64,000 nucleotides of DNA, from NCBI GenBank assembly GCA_951406725.2, contig OX597815.1, forward strand, positions 185,814,001-185,878,000. Direction: 5' to 3'. This DNA is from Octopus vulgaris (taxonomy: Eukaryota). The stretch's first letter is position 1. Each line of letters starts with the position of its first letter. Position numbers and translations under genes: made by a program. Shown here in pieces: positions 12,886-24,632 of the stretch. The notes beneath the pieces are model-generated. The model was not told the origin of the DNA, did no database searches, and was given only the letters and a program-made list of their open reading frames with translations.

Positions 12886-13332
12886 CAGTTCTATATTTAA
12901 GAGAGGAGGAATTATGTACATTATTTACATTATTTACATTTGACAGATATTTGTCCTCATCTTGTTCATTGTTAACACATTTTGGCTGATATCCCCTCCA
13001 GCCTTCATCAGGTGTCTTGGGGGAAATTTTGAACCTGGTTTCTCATTCCTAAGATAGTTTTCGATATTATTATTATTATTACTATTGTTATTCAGGCATA
13101 GTGGTTAAGAGTATGGGCTACTAACCCAAAGATTCCGAGTATGATTCCAGGCAGTAGCCAGAATAATAATATTTATTATAATTATATTAACATAAAAAAA
13201 TACCTCAGGAATGGGAACCCAGGTTCGAAATTTCCCCACAACATCTGATGAAAGCTGATGGGTATATCAATCGAAATGTTGTGTTAACAACAAACAAGAT
13301 GAGGACAAATATCTGTCAAATGTAAATAATAT
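12886..13332. mobile_element. Palindromic insertion of a tRNA-headed, hammerhead-bearing element
   Basis: Arms ~12930-13085 and ~13165-13330 are inverted copies; tRNA-like head at ~13097-13155; 13-bp TSD agtgacaatagtt at 12873-12885 and 13333-13345. Confidence 0.85.
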
Positions 13333-13624
13333 AGTGACAATAGTTATTTAAAAAAAAAAAATCTTATTTGATGAATCAATCTCTGCTTTACAGGAATAAG
13401 ACGCATGAACAATGTTCTCTTTGCTAACCTAGAATATAAACTTGTCTCTGAAACTTTCCAGCAAAAGTTCCTAAGAAAAGGTAGGATCCAGACCAGTTTT
13501 GGCGCTTGCATTTTTGATTTCTTGTTTTAAAATTTGCACCACTGTTATGTTGGTATCTTAAATATACAAAATGAATATTGTTCAGCCCAGAAATCGAATC
13601 ATAAAGGGTGATAAAACCTATTAT

Positions 13625-13946
13625 CTTCCTTATTTGCATTATTCATATTTGACGGATATTTGTCCTCATCTTATTTGTTGTTAACACAACATTTCGGCTA
13701 ATATACCCTCCAGCCTTCATCAGGTGTCCTGGGGAAATTTCAAACCTGGGTTCTCATTCCTAAGGTATTTTTCAATGTTTTTATTATTATTACTATTCAG
13801 GTCACTGGAACTCAACTCGGAATCTTGGGGTTAGTAGCCCGCACTCTTAACCACTATGCCATGGGCAATTATGGAGTGAATTTTTAGGGCTTATAAATCT
13901 AATGTAAATAATGTACATAATTCCTCATCTCTTAAATATTGGACAG
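13625..13946 (-). mobile_element. Second copy of the tRNA-headed hammerhead element, with an inverted terminal piece
   Basis: 13-bp TSD taaaacctattat at 13612-13624 and 13947-13959. HHR at 13683-13728 (minus): GACAC-CTGATGA-A-GGCTGG..TTAGCC-GAAA-TGTT-GTGTT. Confidence 0.85.
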
Positions 13947-15700
13947 TAAAACCTATTATACCATTAAATTTCTTCAGAATCTGTATTTCTGTTTGTATAT
14001 ATCTTGAATTTTTGCAAATTCAGTCTATTTTAGCGAAAACATTTTTCCAATATTGTACTCCTAATCACAAGCTCTTCTACCTAAAATATATTTCTGGGCA
14101 TATAAAGTACATTTCTGGTTACTAGAACCTTGAAAACTAAAGACTGATATTATTTTATTAAAGTAATTTTCAAGCCATTCTGGAAGGAAGACAGTCCATG
14201 AATATACTGAGCGTGAGAGATGCAAAAAGTCAAAGATTGGAAGGGTGAGTGGCATTTTTAATATGTAATGACGGAAATAGATTTAAGAGTGAAGAATAAA
14301 TTTAGGCTAAGAAGACACTGTTGGCAGAAAGGGCTATTTTGAAAGCTTTTGTGATCACCTTAATATTTTGTAAAATAAAAGCCATTGAAATAATTCAGGT
14401 GCAGATGCATTCAGGAATCCATTTTTGAACTCCAAACAGATGAATTTTCAAGTGATTTTGACTTCTGACTTTTACATCAAGTGTCAAGAGAAGAATGAAT
14501 GTAAGAATTGAAATTACAGTGCTTTCAATGGCAACAGAAATTCTTTTAAATAAATATGAGCAGTCATACTATATTTCTATGCTGAACTTGGCCATAAGCA
14601 TTAGAAGCTTTACTAAGAAATGAATGGTATTAAGATTACCATAATTGTTTCCATGATATGTAAAAGAACACAAGTCTGTATGAATTCATTATAGTCTGCT
14701 AATTACTAATATATTTCAAAGACCAGGAAACGAAATTGCTTCACAGCATTATTGAATGGAATTTAGAAAGAACTGAAGACTAGTTTTTCATGTATTTTGA
14801 ATGTCAAACATGAAGCAATTTTTTCTTTTGTTTCCAGAGAACAAAGTTTGGTAGAGTAGCATGATGTAATTTGACCTATGATGTTGATGCTGGAGTACCG
14901 CCTTTAGTCAAGGAAATCGATCCCAGGACTTATTCTTTGTAAGCCTAGTACTTATTCTATCAGTCTCTTTTGCTGAACCGCTAAGTTATGGGGACGTAAA
15001 CACACCAGCATCGGATGTCAAATGATGTTGGGGGGAACAAACACAGACACACAAACATATACACACACATATGTATGTATGTATATATATATACACACAC
15101 ATATATACAACGAGCTTCTTTCAGTTTCTGTCTACCAAATCCACTCACAATGCTTTGGTCAGCCCAAGGCTATAGTAGAAGACACTTACCCATGGTGCCA
15201 TGCAGTGGGACTGAACCTGGAACCATGTGGTTGGTAAGCAAGCTACTTACCACACAGCCACTCCTGCATCTACAGGTGATATTTTTCTAAAATATAGGTT
15301 TACTTGGTACAGGTAGTTATAGGATTCCTTAGAATCTGGGCACATCAACACTCGGGTTGCAAGATCTGACTAGGTACAATAGCATCAGGTTCACTGTGGG
15401 TTAAGCAACCATGAAGGAATCGAGTATTGGTCGGATACTGTAGATATGTAAGCACCAAATCCAATTTAAACCCCCAGATCTGACTCGGGGTTGGTTCTAG
15501 GTGTGGCATAGGTATGAAAAAAGAACTCAAATAGGGTTTAAAATTTATGACAGCTGTTTTGGTAGAACTTTATTAGTGTATTCATAGATTACATTATAAT
15601 ATAAATCCACCATCTTCACATAAAAGTTTTAACAGGTATAAACAGGTGAAGTAAAACCTTGATGACAACATGTACCTACTTGGTACATATTAAGATATTA

Positions 15701-15741
<41 letters not shown>

Positions 15742-15742
<1 letters not shown>

Positions 15743-16235
15743 GAATATAAACAAGAAGGGTAGAAATATTATTTACTACCAGGTGCCCAGCACAAAAGAC
15801 GAATTAGTCATAAGACAAAAATATTATTCATATAGAAAAATATTATTCATGTAGTTATACAATTAAGGGCTCCTAAATTAAGATGCCGAGTGCTGGGAAC
15901 ACAAAAAGGGGATGAATTTATCGAGAGTGAAAATCAAAAACGTTTACCGATAACTTTAACAACTCGAACCGCGGTTTCTGCTTCTTTCTAGCAAAACACA
16001 GAATATGTTTGCTAAGGCTAGCTTCGTCAGCGAGTCGCCTAAATTGAATCGAGGTCTGCAGCGATGTGGGACCATGTGTTGGTCCCGACTACTAGCAGAT
16101 CTTAACTTTTCAAATCTCTGCGCAGACGCAAAACTTACACGGCAGTATAGGGCATGCCGGGAAGAATTTTACGAATAAATCCATCATGTAATATGCGAAT
16201 ATAAACAAGAAGGGTAGAAATATTATTTACTACCA
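15742..16235 (-). mobile_element. ~455-bp unit bounded by ~40-bp direct repeats, containing a hammerhead with extended stem II
   Basis: cgaatataaacaagaagggtagaaatattatttactacca at 15742-15781 and 16196-16235. HHR at 15962-16035 (minus): ACTCG-CTGACGA..GAAA-CCGCGG-TT-CGAGT. Confidence 0.7.
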
Positions 16236-16445
16236 AGTTAATCCAAACATGAAAACACAAAGAGAAAACACAACAATGCGAGGACGTGGAACAAGTATAG
16301 TGTTATTGGACGCCCAGGAAAGGAAAGAAAGGAGGAGGATTTAACGTTTTGAGTGGAGCTCTTCATCAGAAACAGGAAAAGGAAAGATCCAAGGAAGGGA
16401 AGACGGAGGAAAAAAAATCGCCAATGATACACACGCGGTCACTAT
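16236..16445 (-). mobile_element. Penelope-like non-coding fragment with a degenerate minimal HHR
   Basis: Minus strand: TTT-CTGATGA-A-GAGC-TCC-ACTC-AAAA-CGTT-AAA; copy with deleted stem II at ~31318-31515 (+). Confidence 0.6.
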
Positions 16446-16472
16446 ATATATATGTATGTATATATATATATG

Positions 16473-16527
<55 letters not shown>

Positions 16528-17054
16528 TCATTATCATTGTTTAACATTCGTTTTCCATGCTCACATGAGTTGGATGGTTTGACTGATGTCTGGAGAGCCA
16601 CTGTCTGCACCAGGCTCCAATCTGATCAGATGATGTTTCTACAGTCGGATGCCCATCCTAATGCCAACCACTGTGAGAGTATAGTGGGTGCTTTTACATG
16701 GCACCAGCACAGGAGCTATCAGAGGGTACTGGCATTGGCCACATTCGGATGGTGCTTTTTATGTGCCAATGGCATGGGAACCAATCAGGCAGACCTGGCA
16801 TCGATCTCGTTCGGATAGTGCTTTTTATGTGCCACTGACATGGGATCCATTCAGGGGGTACTAGCATCGGCCACATTCAGATGGTGCTTTTATGTGTCAC
16901 CAGCACAGGAGCCAGTCAGGGGGCACTGGCCACAGCTATTATTGGGATATTTCCAGTGTATGCAAAACTGCTCTCTTGAGATAAAAGTTATTACTTCCTA
17001 CTCACACTACCTGGGCAGGCAAAATGTGGGTAACATCCATCAAGTCTGCCCACA

Positions 17055-17300
17055 GGCATATGGTGTAGTGGTTAAGAGTGCAGACTACTAACCCCAAGAT
17101 TCTGAGTTCAATTCCAGGCAGTGACTAAAATAATAATAAAAATAATAATAATAATATAAAAAAATACCTTAGGAATGAGAACCTAGGTTTGAAATTTCCC
17201 CAAGACACATAATGAATGCTGGAGGGTATATCAACCAAAACGTTGTGTTAACAACAAACAAGATGAGGACAAATATCCATCAAATGTAAATAATATACAT
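17055..17300 (+). mobile_element. Third copy of the tRNA-headed hammerhead element
   Basis: ggtgtagtggttaagagtgcagactactaaccccaagattctgagttcaattcc (A/B boxes), then (TAA)n, a decayed HHR and the shared 3' sequence. Confidence 0.8.
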
Positions 17301-19276
17301 CTAGGCTATACTCTCAGTCTTTTTTGCTGAACCACTAAGTTACGGAGACATAAACACACTAACATCAGTTGTCAAGTGGTGATAAAGAGAGAAACACAGA
17401 CACACACATATACGATAGGCTTCTTTCAGTTTCCGTCAACCAAATCCACTCACAAGGTTTTGGTCGGCCTGAGGCTATAGTAGATGACACTTGCCCAAGG
17501 TGTCACACAATGGGACTGAACTTGGAACCATGTGGTTGGGAAGCAAGCTTCTTACCACACAGGTACATCTATTCAAATTTTGAAATACTCTAGATGCAAG
17601 CTAACTTTTCTAACATTTTCATTTGCACTTATATCATTAAAACCAGAGAGATTTCAATATTAAAACCTGCTTTTTCTGAAAGCTAGTGGGATTCACCTGT
17701 TTATCAAGTTATTTTCACATTTGCATCTAAAAATTCCTACAAAGGTATAATTTTCCTGATTTCTAAATACACAATAAAATTCACTTAATATAAAAAATAA
17801 AGCTCAAAACATAAAATTTGATGTGCTTTCAATAGTGAATACAAAATAATTAGCAGTTACAGGGTTTAACATGAATTTATGGCATTAAGAATTACCACTA
17901 AATATTCTTTTCTGAATTCTCAATAAATTTTTGACTCATTTTCTAATGAAATTTTCCCACTTTTAATGAAATTTGGATACTCATTAAAATTGGATAAAAG
18001 TGCAAACATAAGGTTCTTTTATTTTATTTTTTGCTGAACAACAAATTTCTTCTTCTTCATCATCATCATCATCATTTAACGTCCGTTTTCCATGCTGGCA
18101 TAGGTTGGATGGTTTGACCAGGGTCTGGGAAACCAGAAGGCTGCACCAGGCTCCAGTCTGATCTGGCAGTATTTCTACAGCTGGATGTCCTTCCTAACGC
18201 CAACCACTCCGTGAGTGTAGTGGGTGCTTTTCACGTGCCATCGGCACAGGTGCCAGGTGAGGCTGGCAATGGCCACGATCAGTTGGTGCTTTTTACGTGT
18301 CACTGGCACAGAAACCAGTCAAGGCGGCGCTGGCATCAGCCATGTTCGGATGGTGCTTTTTACGTGCCACCGGCACAGGTATCACAACTACAATTTCCTT
18401 TTAATTTTTTGATGTTGATGTACTTGACTCAATAGGTCTCTTCAAGCACAGTCTCCAAATTCTAAAACTACATAAGCATTTGGAAAACTTGATGTCTTGT
18501 GTCTATGTCACCTGTTGTCCATTGTGTAAGATTAGAACAGGAAGGAATTCTATCCTCCAACAGTAGTCATATAATGCTATCCTTAGCAGAATTAAAGGAA
18601 AATCATCTTTTAACATTTGTTTTCCATGCTGGCGTGAGTTGGACGGTTTAACAGGAGCTACTCAGCTGAAGAGCTGCTAAGACTCCATATCTGTTTTGGT
18701 ATGGTTTCTACGTACGACTGGATGCCTTTCCTGATGCCAAACACTACACAGCACCAGAACAGGTGCATTTACATGGCATCAGCACCCATGAGCCCACAAG
18801 ATTAGGAATGCATGGATTGAGAGGCATGCAGGGAGCATGTCTGAATGCAAGGATAACCTTGATTTTATTTAGCTCAACAGGTCTTCTGAAGCACAGCAAA
18901 TGGCCAAGATTCTCGGTCCCCTGTCATCTCGTCGTCCCCCCTGTGACCCAGATAATATTGAGGTGTCTGTCCAGCCCTCTCTCACATATATTCTCACCCA
19001 CATTCATACAATCTTTAAACTAGGAAATATCCAGATAGGATTGAAGCAGACATGAAATAGAGTGGGCGCATCATTGACAATGTCATGAATAGCAATGAAG
19101 AGAATTTGCAAAATACCAAAAACGATTGAAGAATTAATCAAACAATCAGTGAGTTAAGAGGTTAAATGCTAACAAATTGACTAATAAAAGAAGTGAAATA
19201 GAGCCAGTGCATGTGTTTGTTATTAGCAAAATGAACCTCCTAAGATACAAAATCTGTTTCAATATATGTTTGCAGT

Positions 19277-20282
19277 AGGCGGCAAGCTAGCAGAAATGTT
19301 AACATGTTGGGCGAAATGCTTAGTGGCATTTCGTCTGTCTTCATGTTCTGAGTTCAAATTATGCTGAAGTCGATTTATCCTTTCAGGATCGATAACCTAA
19401 GTACTAGTCACGAACTGGGGTCGATCTAATCGACTGCCCCCTCACTCAAAATTTCGGGCCGTGTGCCTAGAGTAGAAAAGAATATTTTTTTGTTTATAAG
19501 TCGGCGAGCTGGCAGAAACGTTAGCACGCCGGGCGAAATACTTAGCGGTATTTCGTCTGTCTTTACGTTCTGAGTTCAATTGCCCCCAAGGTCGACTTTG
19601 TCTTTCATCCTTTCGGGGTCGATAAATTAAGTACTAGTTATGCACTGGGGTTGATATAATCGATTTAATCCGTCTGTCTTTCCTTGTTTGTCTCCTCTAC
19701 GTTTAGCCCCTTGTGGGTAGTAAAGAAATAGGTATTTTGTCTGTCTTTACGTTCTGAGTTCAAATTCCGCCGAAGTCGACTTTTCCTTTCATCCTTTCAG
19801 GATCGATAACCTAAGTATCAGTCACGTACTGGTGTCGATCTAATCGACTGCACCTCCCCCAAAATTTAGGGCCTTGTGCCTAGAGTAGGAAAGAATATCT
19901 TTTATTTATAAGGCGGCGAGCTAGCAGAAACGTTAGCACGCCGGGCGAAATGCGTAACCGTATTTCGTCTGTCGTTACGTTCTGAGTTCAAATTCCGCCG
20001 AGGTCGACTTTGCCTTTCCTCCTTTCGGGGTCGATTAAATAAGAACCAGTTACTGGGTTCGATATAATCGACTTAATCCCTTTGTCTGTCCTTGTTTGTC
20101 CTCTCTGTGTTTAGCCCCTTGTGGGTAGTAAAGAAATAGGTATTTCGTCTGTCTTTATGTTCTGAGTTCAAATTCCGCCGAGGTCGACTTTGCCTTTCAT
20201 TCTTTCGAAATCGATAAATTAAGTACCAGTCGACGGGCCCCCTCCTCAAAAATTTCGGGCCTTGTGCCTAGAGTAGAAAAGA
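19277..20282 (+). mobile_element. Multimeric family A SINE cluster
   Basis: About five consecutive family A units, flanked by an imperfect ~43-bp direct repeat (ttat.agcaaaatga.cctc....gatacaaaatctgtttcaa) at ~19220-19262 and ~20283-20325. Confidence 0.85.
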
Positions 20283-20422
20283 TTATCAGCAAAATGATCC
20301 TCGTGCGATACAAAATCTGTTTCAAGAATGCAGCAAATAAAACACGGAAATGAAATCTGATGGGGGAATACTCTTGCTATTATAACTGTCTTGTGAGATG
20401 ATTGTAATGATAAGAATTTATA

Positions 20423-20818
20423 GTGGAGGCGCAATGGCCCAGTGGTTAGGGCAGCGGACTCGCGGTCATAGGATCGCGGTTTCGATTCCCAGACCGGGCG
20501 TTGTGAGTGTTTATTGAGCGAAAACACCTAAAGCTCCACGAGGCTCTGGCAGGGGATGGTGGTGATCCCTGCTGTACTCTTTCACCACAACTTTCTCTCA
20601 CTTCCTGTTTCTGTTGTACCTGTATTTCAAAGGGCCAGCCTTGTCACACTCTCTGTCATGCTGAATCTTCCCGAGAACTACATTAAGGGTACACGTGTCT
20701 GTGGAGTGCTCAGCCACTTACACGTTAATTTCACGAGCAGGCTGTTCCGTTGATTCGGATCAACCGGAACCCTCATCGTCGTAACCGACGGAGTGCTTCC
20801 AAAAAAAAAAAAAAAAAA
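20423..20818 (+). mobile_element. Full-length family C tRNA-SINE with poly(A) tail
   Basis: 12-bp TSD gataagaattta at 20409-20420 and 20819-20830; A/B-box head; poly(A) tail. Confidence 0.92.
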
Positions 20819-21053
20819 GATAAGAATTTACCAAATATGATGCCAGATTTTTATTGCTAAAAATCAGAAATATAAGAAAGGTACTTAGTGTTTCTTGAGA
20901 AATAAAAAAACTCAGCTGAAATTGTGGAATGTGATAGATTTATTACAAACAATGTTTTTATTATCTGTGACAAAAATACGCCGTTCATCTTTATCTCGAG
21001 GAAATTTTATTTGCATTTCAATGAACTACAATAGGAAGGTAATATATTTCATA

Positions 21054-22344
21054 CGAGGGGCGTTCAATAAGTAATGCCCCTGACCCACTTCCCATAGCAG
21101 TAGAGCAACGAAACTTGGCACAGTTATTAGTCTTTTTCTACATAGGAACCACCCAGAGTTACGCATTTCTCCATCGTTTGATGCAGCTCTGAAGACCGTT
21201 TTTGTAGAAGACCCCAGCTTGGTCCTCCAACCACAACGTGACTTCAGAAATCAAGGCTGCATCATCTGGGAAACGCTTTCCTTTCAAAAACAACTTCATG
21301 GCTGGGAAGAGGTGAAAATCAGAGGGTGCAAGGTCAGGAGAGTAGGGAGAATGGGGGATGAGTTCATAGCCGCACGCCTGTGCTTCTGATCTGGCGACAC
21401 GCGAGTTGTGGATCGGAGCGTTGTCCTGCAGGAGGAGGATGCCTTTGCTGATCTTGCCCCGCCTCTTGATTTTGATAGCTTCTCTTAATTTCCTCAAAAG
21501 TGAAGCATAATAGGCTCCTGTAATTGTGGTACCCTTTGCCAGGAAATCTGTCATTACTACTCCGTCCTGGTCCCAGAAGACTGTGAGCATGACCTTGCCA
21601 GCGGAGGGCTGCACCCTTGCCTTCTTTGGAGGGGGTGAGTAACGGTGCTTCCACTGCATTGACTGGGCTTTGGTCTCTGGATCATCGTGATGGACCTAGG
21701 TTTCATCCTGTGTAATCAGTCTTTTGAAAAATTTTGACTCATCTTCTTGGCATATCTTCAAATTCATCCTCGCGCAATTGACGCGTTCTTGCTTCTGGAA
21801 AGGTGTGAGCAGCCTGGGAATCCATCTGGCAGACACCTTTTGCATATGCAAATGGTCATGAATGATAGTTTCCACAGACCCGGTACTAATCTTGACCTCA
21901 TGGGCTATTTGGCGAATAGTTATGCGTCGATCTTCCAAAATGGCAGCCTCAACTTGACGGACAGATGCCTCATCAATGGCAGAAGGGGGCGACCAGATCT
22001 GGGAGCTGTTTCCACAAAGTTCCGACCATGTTTGAATTCACGCTGCCAGCGTTTTACAAGGTCATATGATGGGGCATCATCACCATAAGTTACTTTTATT
22101 TCATCAAAAGTCTCCCGTGGTGTGCGTCCTTTCAAATACAAAAACCGCATCACTGCTCGACACTCAACAGGCTCCGTTTCACACTTGACTCAGTTCAAAC
22201 ACCTGTAAATCAGAAACCACAATTAGTTCAGAGCTGTAATTTGCCACTTAATCTATAGAGATATTAATAATTGCACATGCAAAATTTCAGCTAGATCAAA
22301 CAACTGCAAGTGGGTCAGAGGCATTACTTATTGAACGCCCCTCG
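21054..22344 (-). mobile_element. Near-complete mariner (DD34D) DNA transposon, 1291 bp
   Basis: TIRs cgaggggcgttcaataagtaatgcc(c/t)ctgacccactt at both ends; TA TSD at 21052-21053 and 22345-22346. Confidence 0.97.
21159..22177 (-). pseudogene. Mariner transposase pseudogene
   Basis: WIPRLL, ITQDET*, GKVMLTVFWD, LLQDNA and YSPDLAPSD motifs, with 34 aa between the second and third D. Apparent start ACG instead of ATG, frameshift near 21960-21990, TAG replacing W at ~21696, frameshifted C-terminus. Confidence 0.95.
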
Positions 22345-22359
22345 TATATCTGCTTATTT

Positions 22360-22735
22360 GCTTATGACATTCATCGTCTACTGCCTCCGGTTCATCGTTT
22401 CTCATGGGAGCAGATGTAGCTGATAAAACTGATATGAGATAGGCAGATCCTGTGTCACTTGAGAGCCCAGAAAGTAACCCTGAACAACAGTCACAGGGGA
22501 TTGATAACAACGTCTCCTCTCTTCAGGCAGTGTCCTGTGTTCAGTTTCAAAGCGCCCTACACCAACACACGGACCTCTATGCCTTCCAATTAACCGACCA
22601 GAGCCTCCAACCGATTGGGTGAGACACTGCATAAAATGAGAGACGGTTGGAGATCACGAAAACGAAGTTTTGGACATCCATATGGCCTACTTCCAGTCTC
22701 GATCTCACTGAAGTGGGAGCTGGTTCCCATGATGT
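22360..22735 (-). mobile_element. Degenerate RTE-like LINE C-terminal fragment
   Basis: FSEIETGSRPYGCPKLRFRD..LEAL..GVGRFETEHRTLPEERRR resembles the RTE ELxxGxRxxGRPKLRFKD region. Confidence 0.6.
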
Positions 22736-23639
22736 ATTTATCTACACTACATAAACCGTATATATATATACAATACTTATAAATATCGTATGAAATTGTA
22801 CATTAATTCATCATTCATCCCTTAACTTTATAATTTATTTACTTATATTTTTGGTATTATTTTATCATTACGCTCATCTTGTGTCATGGGAGTCAAAACT
22901 TTTCTACTCAGGGCCAAAGCCCATAATTTTGGAGGAGGTGGGGCAGTCCATTAGATCGATCCCAGTATCCAGCTGGTCCTTAATTTATCGACCCCGAAAG
23001 GATGAAAGGCAAAGTCGACCTCGGCGGAATTTGAACTCACAACGTAACGGCAGACGAAATACGGCTACGCATTTCGCCCGGCGTGCTAACGTTTCTGCCA
23101 GCTCGCCGCTTTATGGAAGTAAAAACTTACCTTATATTTGAGATTGCATCGTATTAAAATAAATAAAACACTTAAGTTGACTGAAATGAAAGTGTTACAT
23201 CTCTCTTAGGAAAACGAGAAATGGGCTTTCAGTATTTTCAGGTACTTGTAAGGATACAAATGAAAAAAAATGTTTGTAAAATAAAATCAAATGAAATTAT
23301 TTAGTCAAAGCACTTCACCACTCTTGTGAAGATTTGAACTTGACAGTTTAGAAGTTTGAAACTTTTTTTTATCAAAAATTAAAGTGGTACTTATTCTTAT
23401 TTCCAAGGAGAATATTCTGAGCATTGGTTATAAATTAAAACTGTTGATTTCTAATAATGTAAATTAAATTAACTCTGCATCCAGAGATGCTGGTTTTCAA
23501 GTAGTCTATGGGAGTCTGCAAATCTCAATGACAACACTTCTATGCTGTAACGAAGATAGTGTTAGTTATTCATAGCAATCAAGTTAGTCTATTTGATTAA
23601 AATCTACCTGTAGTTTGCATTTTAGACTCGTCAACCAAA

Positions 23640-24632
23640 AAAAAGCTACACCCGACAGATCATTACTAGAAATTCTAAGAATCTACTTTCAGAGCGACGA
23701 AATGGAGTTAGTTGACTCCAGTCCGCGTTATACGACAAGGATGATCTCTGATATTCTCCAAATACTGAAGTCGAGAGCTGAAAACTATCTGCATCAATTT
23801 GGTTAGGTTAGCAGGCTCGATGCATGGAGTCAACATTAATTAAATGAGGATAACCGTACCCAATGGGTTTCCTTCTGCGATTCGTTGGAGAGACGTGAAG
23901 AAAACGATACTTATTTGAAGAGAATGTTCACAGGGGACGCAAACTGGATCGTCTATAGCAACGTTAAGTGCAGACGATCATGAGTTCAAATTCCACCGAG
24001 GTCGACTTTGCCTTCATCCTTTCGGGGTCGATAAATTAAGTACCAGTTACGCACTGGGGTCGATATAATCGACTTAAATCACCGCAAACAACATCCAATG
24101 CAGGACTCCACTCGAAAAAGGTTATGCTTTCAATTTGGCGGGATTAGAAAAGCGTTAGAATTTTACGCGGTTCTCATTACGGACAGGAACATCAATTTGG
24201 ATGTGTACTGAGACCAGCGGCGATCCTGCAGAGGTAATTCAGTACTTGCTAATCGCAAGGACATTGTCTTTCATCACGACAATGCCAAACTGGACACTTC
24301 TTTGCAAACCTTACTGGAGTCGGCTGAGAAGTTTTGCCGCATCCTTCATATTCATCAAACTTCGTGCCTTCAGATTTCCACCCGTTTTGCTCTCTTCGAA
24401 ATTAATTGAACAGACAGATCTGCAGTTCTGAAGAGGATGATAAAGCTCACAGTGAAGAGTATTCGTCAGTAAGAACAGGAACTTCTTTGAACAAGGAATA
24501 ATGGCTCTGCTCACAAGAGAGAAGCTGCTGGAACGAAGCGATGATTATAGCCTTGATCGAATAAATCACTTTGTGTATAAAACTTGTTTTATTTTCGCTG
24601 AAAAAAAAACCCCGACCTTTTGGCCAACCTCA
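23640..24632 (+). mobile_element. Degraded mariner of a second subfamily, with a SINE fragment inserted at ~23980-24078
   Basis: YLKRMFTGDANWIVYSNVKCRRS, GLHSKKVMLSIW, IVFHHDNAK, PHPSYSSNFVPSDFH; TIR-like ccttttggccaacc end. Confidence 0.85.

Larger units (their letters stand above)
12560..14780 (+). pseudogene. Heavily degraded hAT-like transposase relic (Buster/GTF2IRD2-type), split by two insertions
   Basis: N-terminal CLHCK..EKSNLK resembles the zinc-finger region of these transposases; later fragment AFCDHLNIL. Many stops and frameshifts; weak similarity only. Confidence 0.35.

Noticed and set aside
20423-20500. tRNA-like heads as real tRNA genes
   Set aside because: They continue into SINE bodies with tails and TSDs and lack a complete cloverleaf.
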